From an uncultured Bdellovibrionales bacterium (GTDB lineage: Bacteria; Bdellovibrionota_C; UBA2361; SZUA-149; CAYOZL01), in the NCBI GenBank assembly GCA_964408435.1, contig CAYOZL010000004.1, positions 1,839 through 65,838 of the forward strand: a DNA stretch of 64,000 nt. Reading direction: 5' to 3'. Every line of letters starts with the position of its first letter. The first letter of the stretch is position 1. A program made the position numbers and the translations under genes. Below, in pieces: positions 62,500-64,000 of this stretch. Under the pieces are notes generated by a model. The model ran no database searches and had not been told where the DNA came from. It saw only the letters and a program-made list of their open reading frames with translations.

Positions 62500-64000
62500 A
62501 TTCAAGAGCTTTCAATGCTCTTAATTCATCAATATCTATTCCATTTTGCTCTGATTGATTCTTTAATTTTTCACTAACATCACTTATGTTTGTTTTTATT
62601 TTTTTATAAGAATCTTCTATTTTTTTATTAGAATATTTTCTAGAAATATCAATTTGTTTTTGTATCATTAATAATTTCAATTTAGCTTTTTCTAATAAAA
62701 ATAAATTTTTATATAGATCTAAAGCTTCTCTTTTTAGATCATTTTTCATACTTAGAGAATAAATGTAATTAGAAAATCCTTTAACATCCATACTCAAAGA
62801 GCGATGCTCTTTTTGAAGTTTAATTCTTCTAGATACTGTATTCTTATTAGATAAAACGTTTAATTTGGCATTCAATTCTACTTTCTTAATAACTAAATCA
62901 ACTAAATCACTAGAATTATCTTTAGCTATTAGCTTTATTTCTTTGTTTTTTATCTTAGCCGATTCTCTATTTAACCAATTATTTTTAAACTTATAGCCAA
63001 TATTAAATTTTTTCTGATTGACTTTTTTTGTGTCTCTCTCTTTTTCTCCTGTGGCACTCTGCTTTAACTCAATCATTTCTATATTTTGAAGTAAGTTACT
63101 GACTTTTTCAAAGGTATGCTTTTTTTCCTTCTCTATAAAAGGCTCTTTTAAAGATGGTACTAGTTTTACAAAATCCGTATTTAAATATTTTTTTGTATGC
63201 TTTTTAACATTGAGCCTAAAATCTTTAGCAGTCTTTATAGTTAAACCCTGATTAAAATAGATAAAAATGGATAAACCAATTAAAGAAATAAGGTAGAAAA
63301 AACTTTTATAGCTAATTCTTTTCTTTGGCTTAACTTTTGCTTTAGATACAAATGTATTCTTACTTGCTAACTCTTCTTGCTGTTTAATTATTTCAGAAGT
63401 ACTCGCTAGACTTTGTAAGATAACGCTCTGCTTAACAATATCATTTTTAGCGCTATTATCTTTTGAAATCTTAGACTTACTTAAAACTATACTATTAGTA
63501 TTATTCTTTACACTGTCTTTTTGACCTACACTCTCTTTAATTATTTCAGGTATAACTATTTCAGGTTCTATATTCTCAGTTCCACTCACCTCACTACTTA
63601 CAGTTCTGATCTTACTTTTATTAATAGACCTATGTCTTAAATATCTATAAATTTCTTTGCTAGATTCTGGTCGATTCTTTGCTTCTTTTGATAACATTCT
63701 TAAAACTAAAGAATTAATCCACTGAGGAATATCATTCCTGATTTCCTTAGGCTCTACAGGCTCTTTTTTTAGATGCATCCACATAATTGTAGCTGGAAGC
63801 TCATGCTGAAATGGAGGAGCTCCTGTTAACAGCTCATAAAAAATCGTGCCTAAACTATAAAAATCTGCTTGATAGGATGAGTTTGAACCAGTCCAAATCT
63901 CTGGAGCAATATATGGAGTAGAGCCAATAATTTCTTTATGTTGAGTAAGCTCTGAGCGCGAACTTCTTGCAACTCCAAAGTCTGCAATTTTTATTTTTCC
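62489..64000 (-). CDS. Hanks-type Ser/Thr protein kinase, C-terminal part (N-terminus beyond the window end)
   Basis: The reading frame stays open upstream of the listed Met to nt 64000 (GKIKIADFGVARSS...GSTPYIAPEIW...DFYSLGTIFYELLTG). One TM (FFYLISLIGLSIFIYF) is followed by a K-rich coiled-coil C-terminal region. Confidence 0.85.
   Translation of the reverse strand, partial: GKIKIADFGVARSSRSELTQHKEIIGSTPYIAPEIWTGSNSSYQADFYSLGTIFYELLTGAPPFQHELPATIMWMHLKKEPVEPKEIRNDIPQWINSLVLRMLSKEAKNRPESSKEIYRYLRHRSINKSKIRTVSSEVSGTENIEPEIVIPEIIKESVGQKDSVKNNTNSIVLSKSKISKDNSAKNDIVKQSVILQSLASTSEIIKQQEELASKNTFVSKAKVKPKKRISYKSFFYLISLIGLSIFIYFNQGLTIKTAKDFRLNVKKHTKKYLNTDFVKLVPSLKEPFIEKEKKHTFEKVSNLLQNIEMIELKQSATGEKERDTKKVNQKKFNIGYKFKNNWLNRESAKIKNKEIKLIAKDNSSDLVDLVIKKVELNAKLNVLSNKNTVSRRIKLQKEHRSLSMDVKGFSNYIYSLSMKNDLKREALDLYKNLFLLEKAKLKLLMIQKQIDISRKYSNKKIEDSYKKIKTNISDVSEKLKNQSEQNGIDIDELRALKALEFSL

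Overview
AT-rich bacterial chromosomal window with about 60 protein genes, one tRNA and several intergenic repeat families. All calls rest on reading the ORF translations for motifs, since no searches could be run. Housekeeping genes: clpA (5'-truncated), yggX, aat, rph, tRNA-Pro(UGG), tal, pepF, a his cluster (hisD-hisB-hisG-hisH-hisF plus a hisA/hisE fusion), and a pheA-tyrA fusion. Accessory content: an arsenic cluster (arsC, arsS, GT2, MTAP-like, arsM), a PEP-CTERM-type exopolysaccharide export module (EpsF/EpsG/PrsT/EpsE-like), and membrane GT-C-like proteins. The stand-out region is 14.7-37.4 kb, where 23 consecutive minus-strand genes form one block. It encodes a minimal non-flagellar type III secretion core: SctJ, SctQ-like, SctR, SctS, SctT, a SctU reduced to its TM domain, and SctV. 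It also encodes a secretin-less Tad/Flp pilus set (TadZ, Flp, CpaB, CpaF, TadB, TadC). Hanks-type phospho-signalling genes are interleaved: one canonical STK, one degenerate kinase-TM-HEAT protein, three FHA proteins and a PP2C phosphatase. Next to the block lie two divergently transcribed sigma-70-family factors, one with a histone-H1-like lysine tail, and a possible FlgM-like anti-sigma ORF. The window contains no SctN ATPase, no SctC or RcpA secretin, no needle, no SctD periplasmic ring and no prepilin peptidase. Short GTAG-core direct repeats with 13-14 bp periodicity fill three consecutive intergenic gaps across the Tad/T3SS junction. Taxonomy cannot be determined from the window. The gene content would fit a Bdellovibrionota/Oligoflexia-like or similar diderm, but that is a guess.
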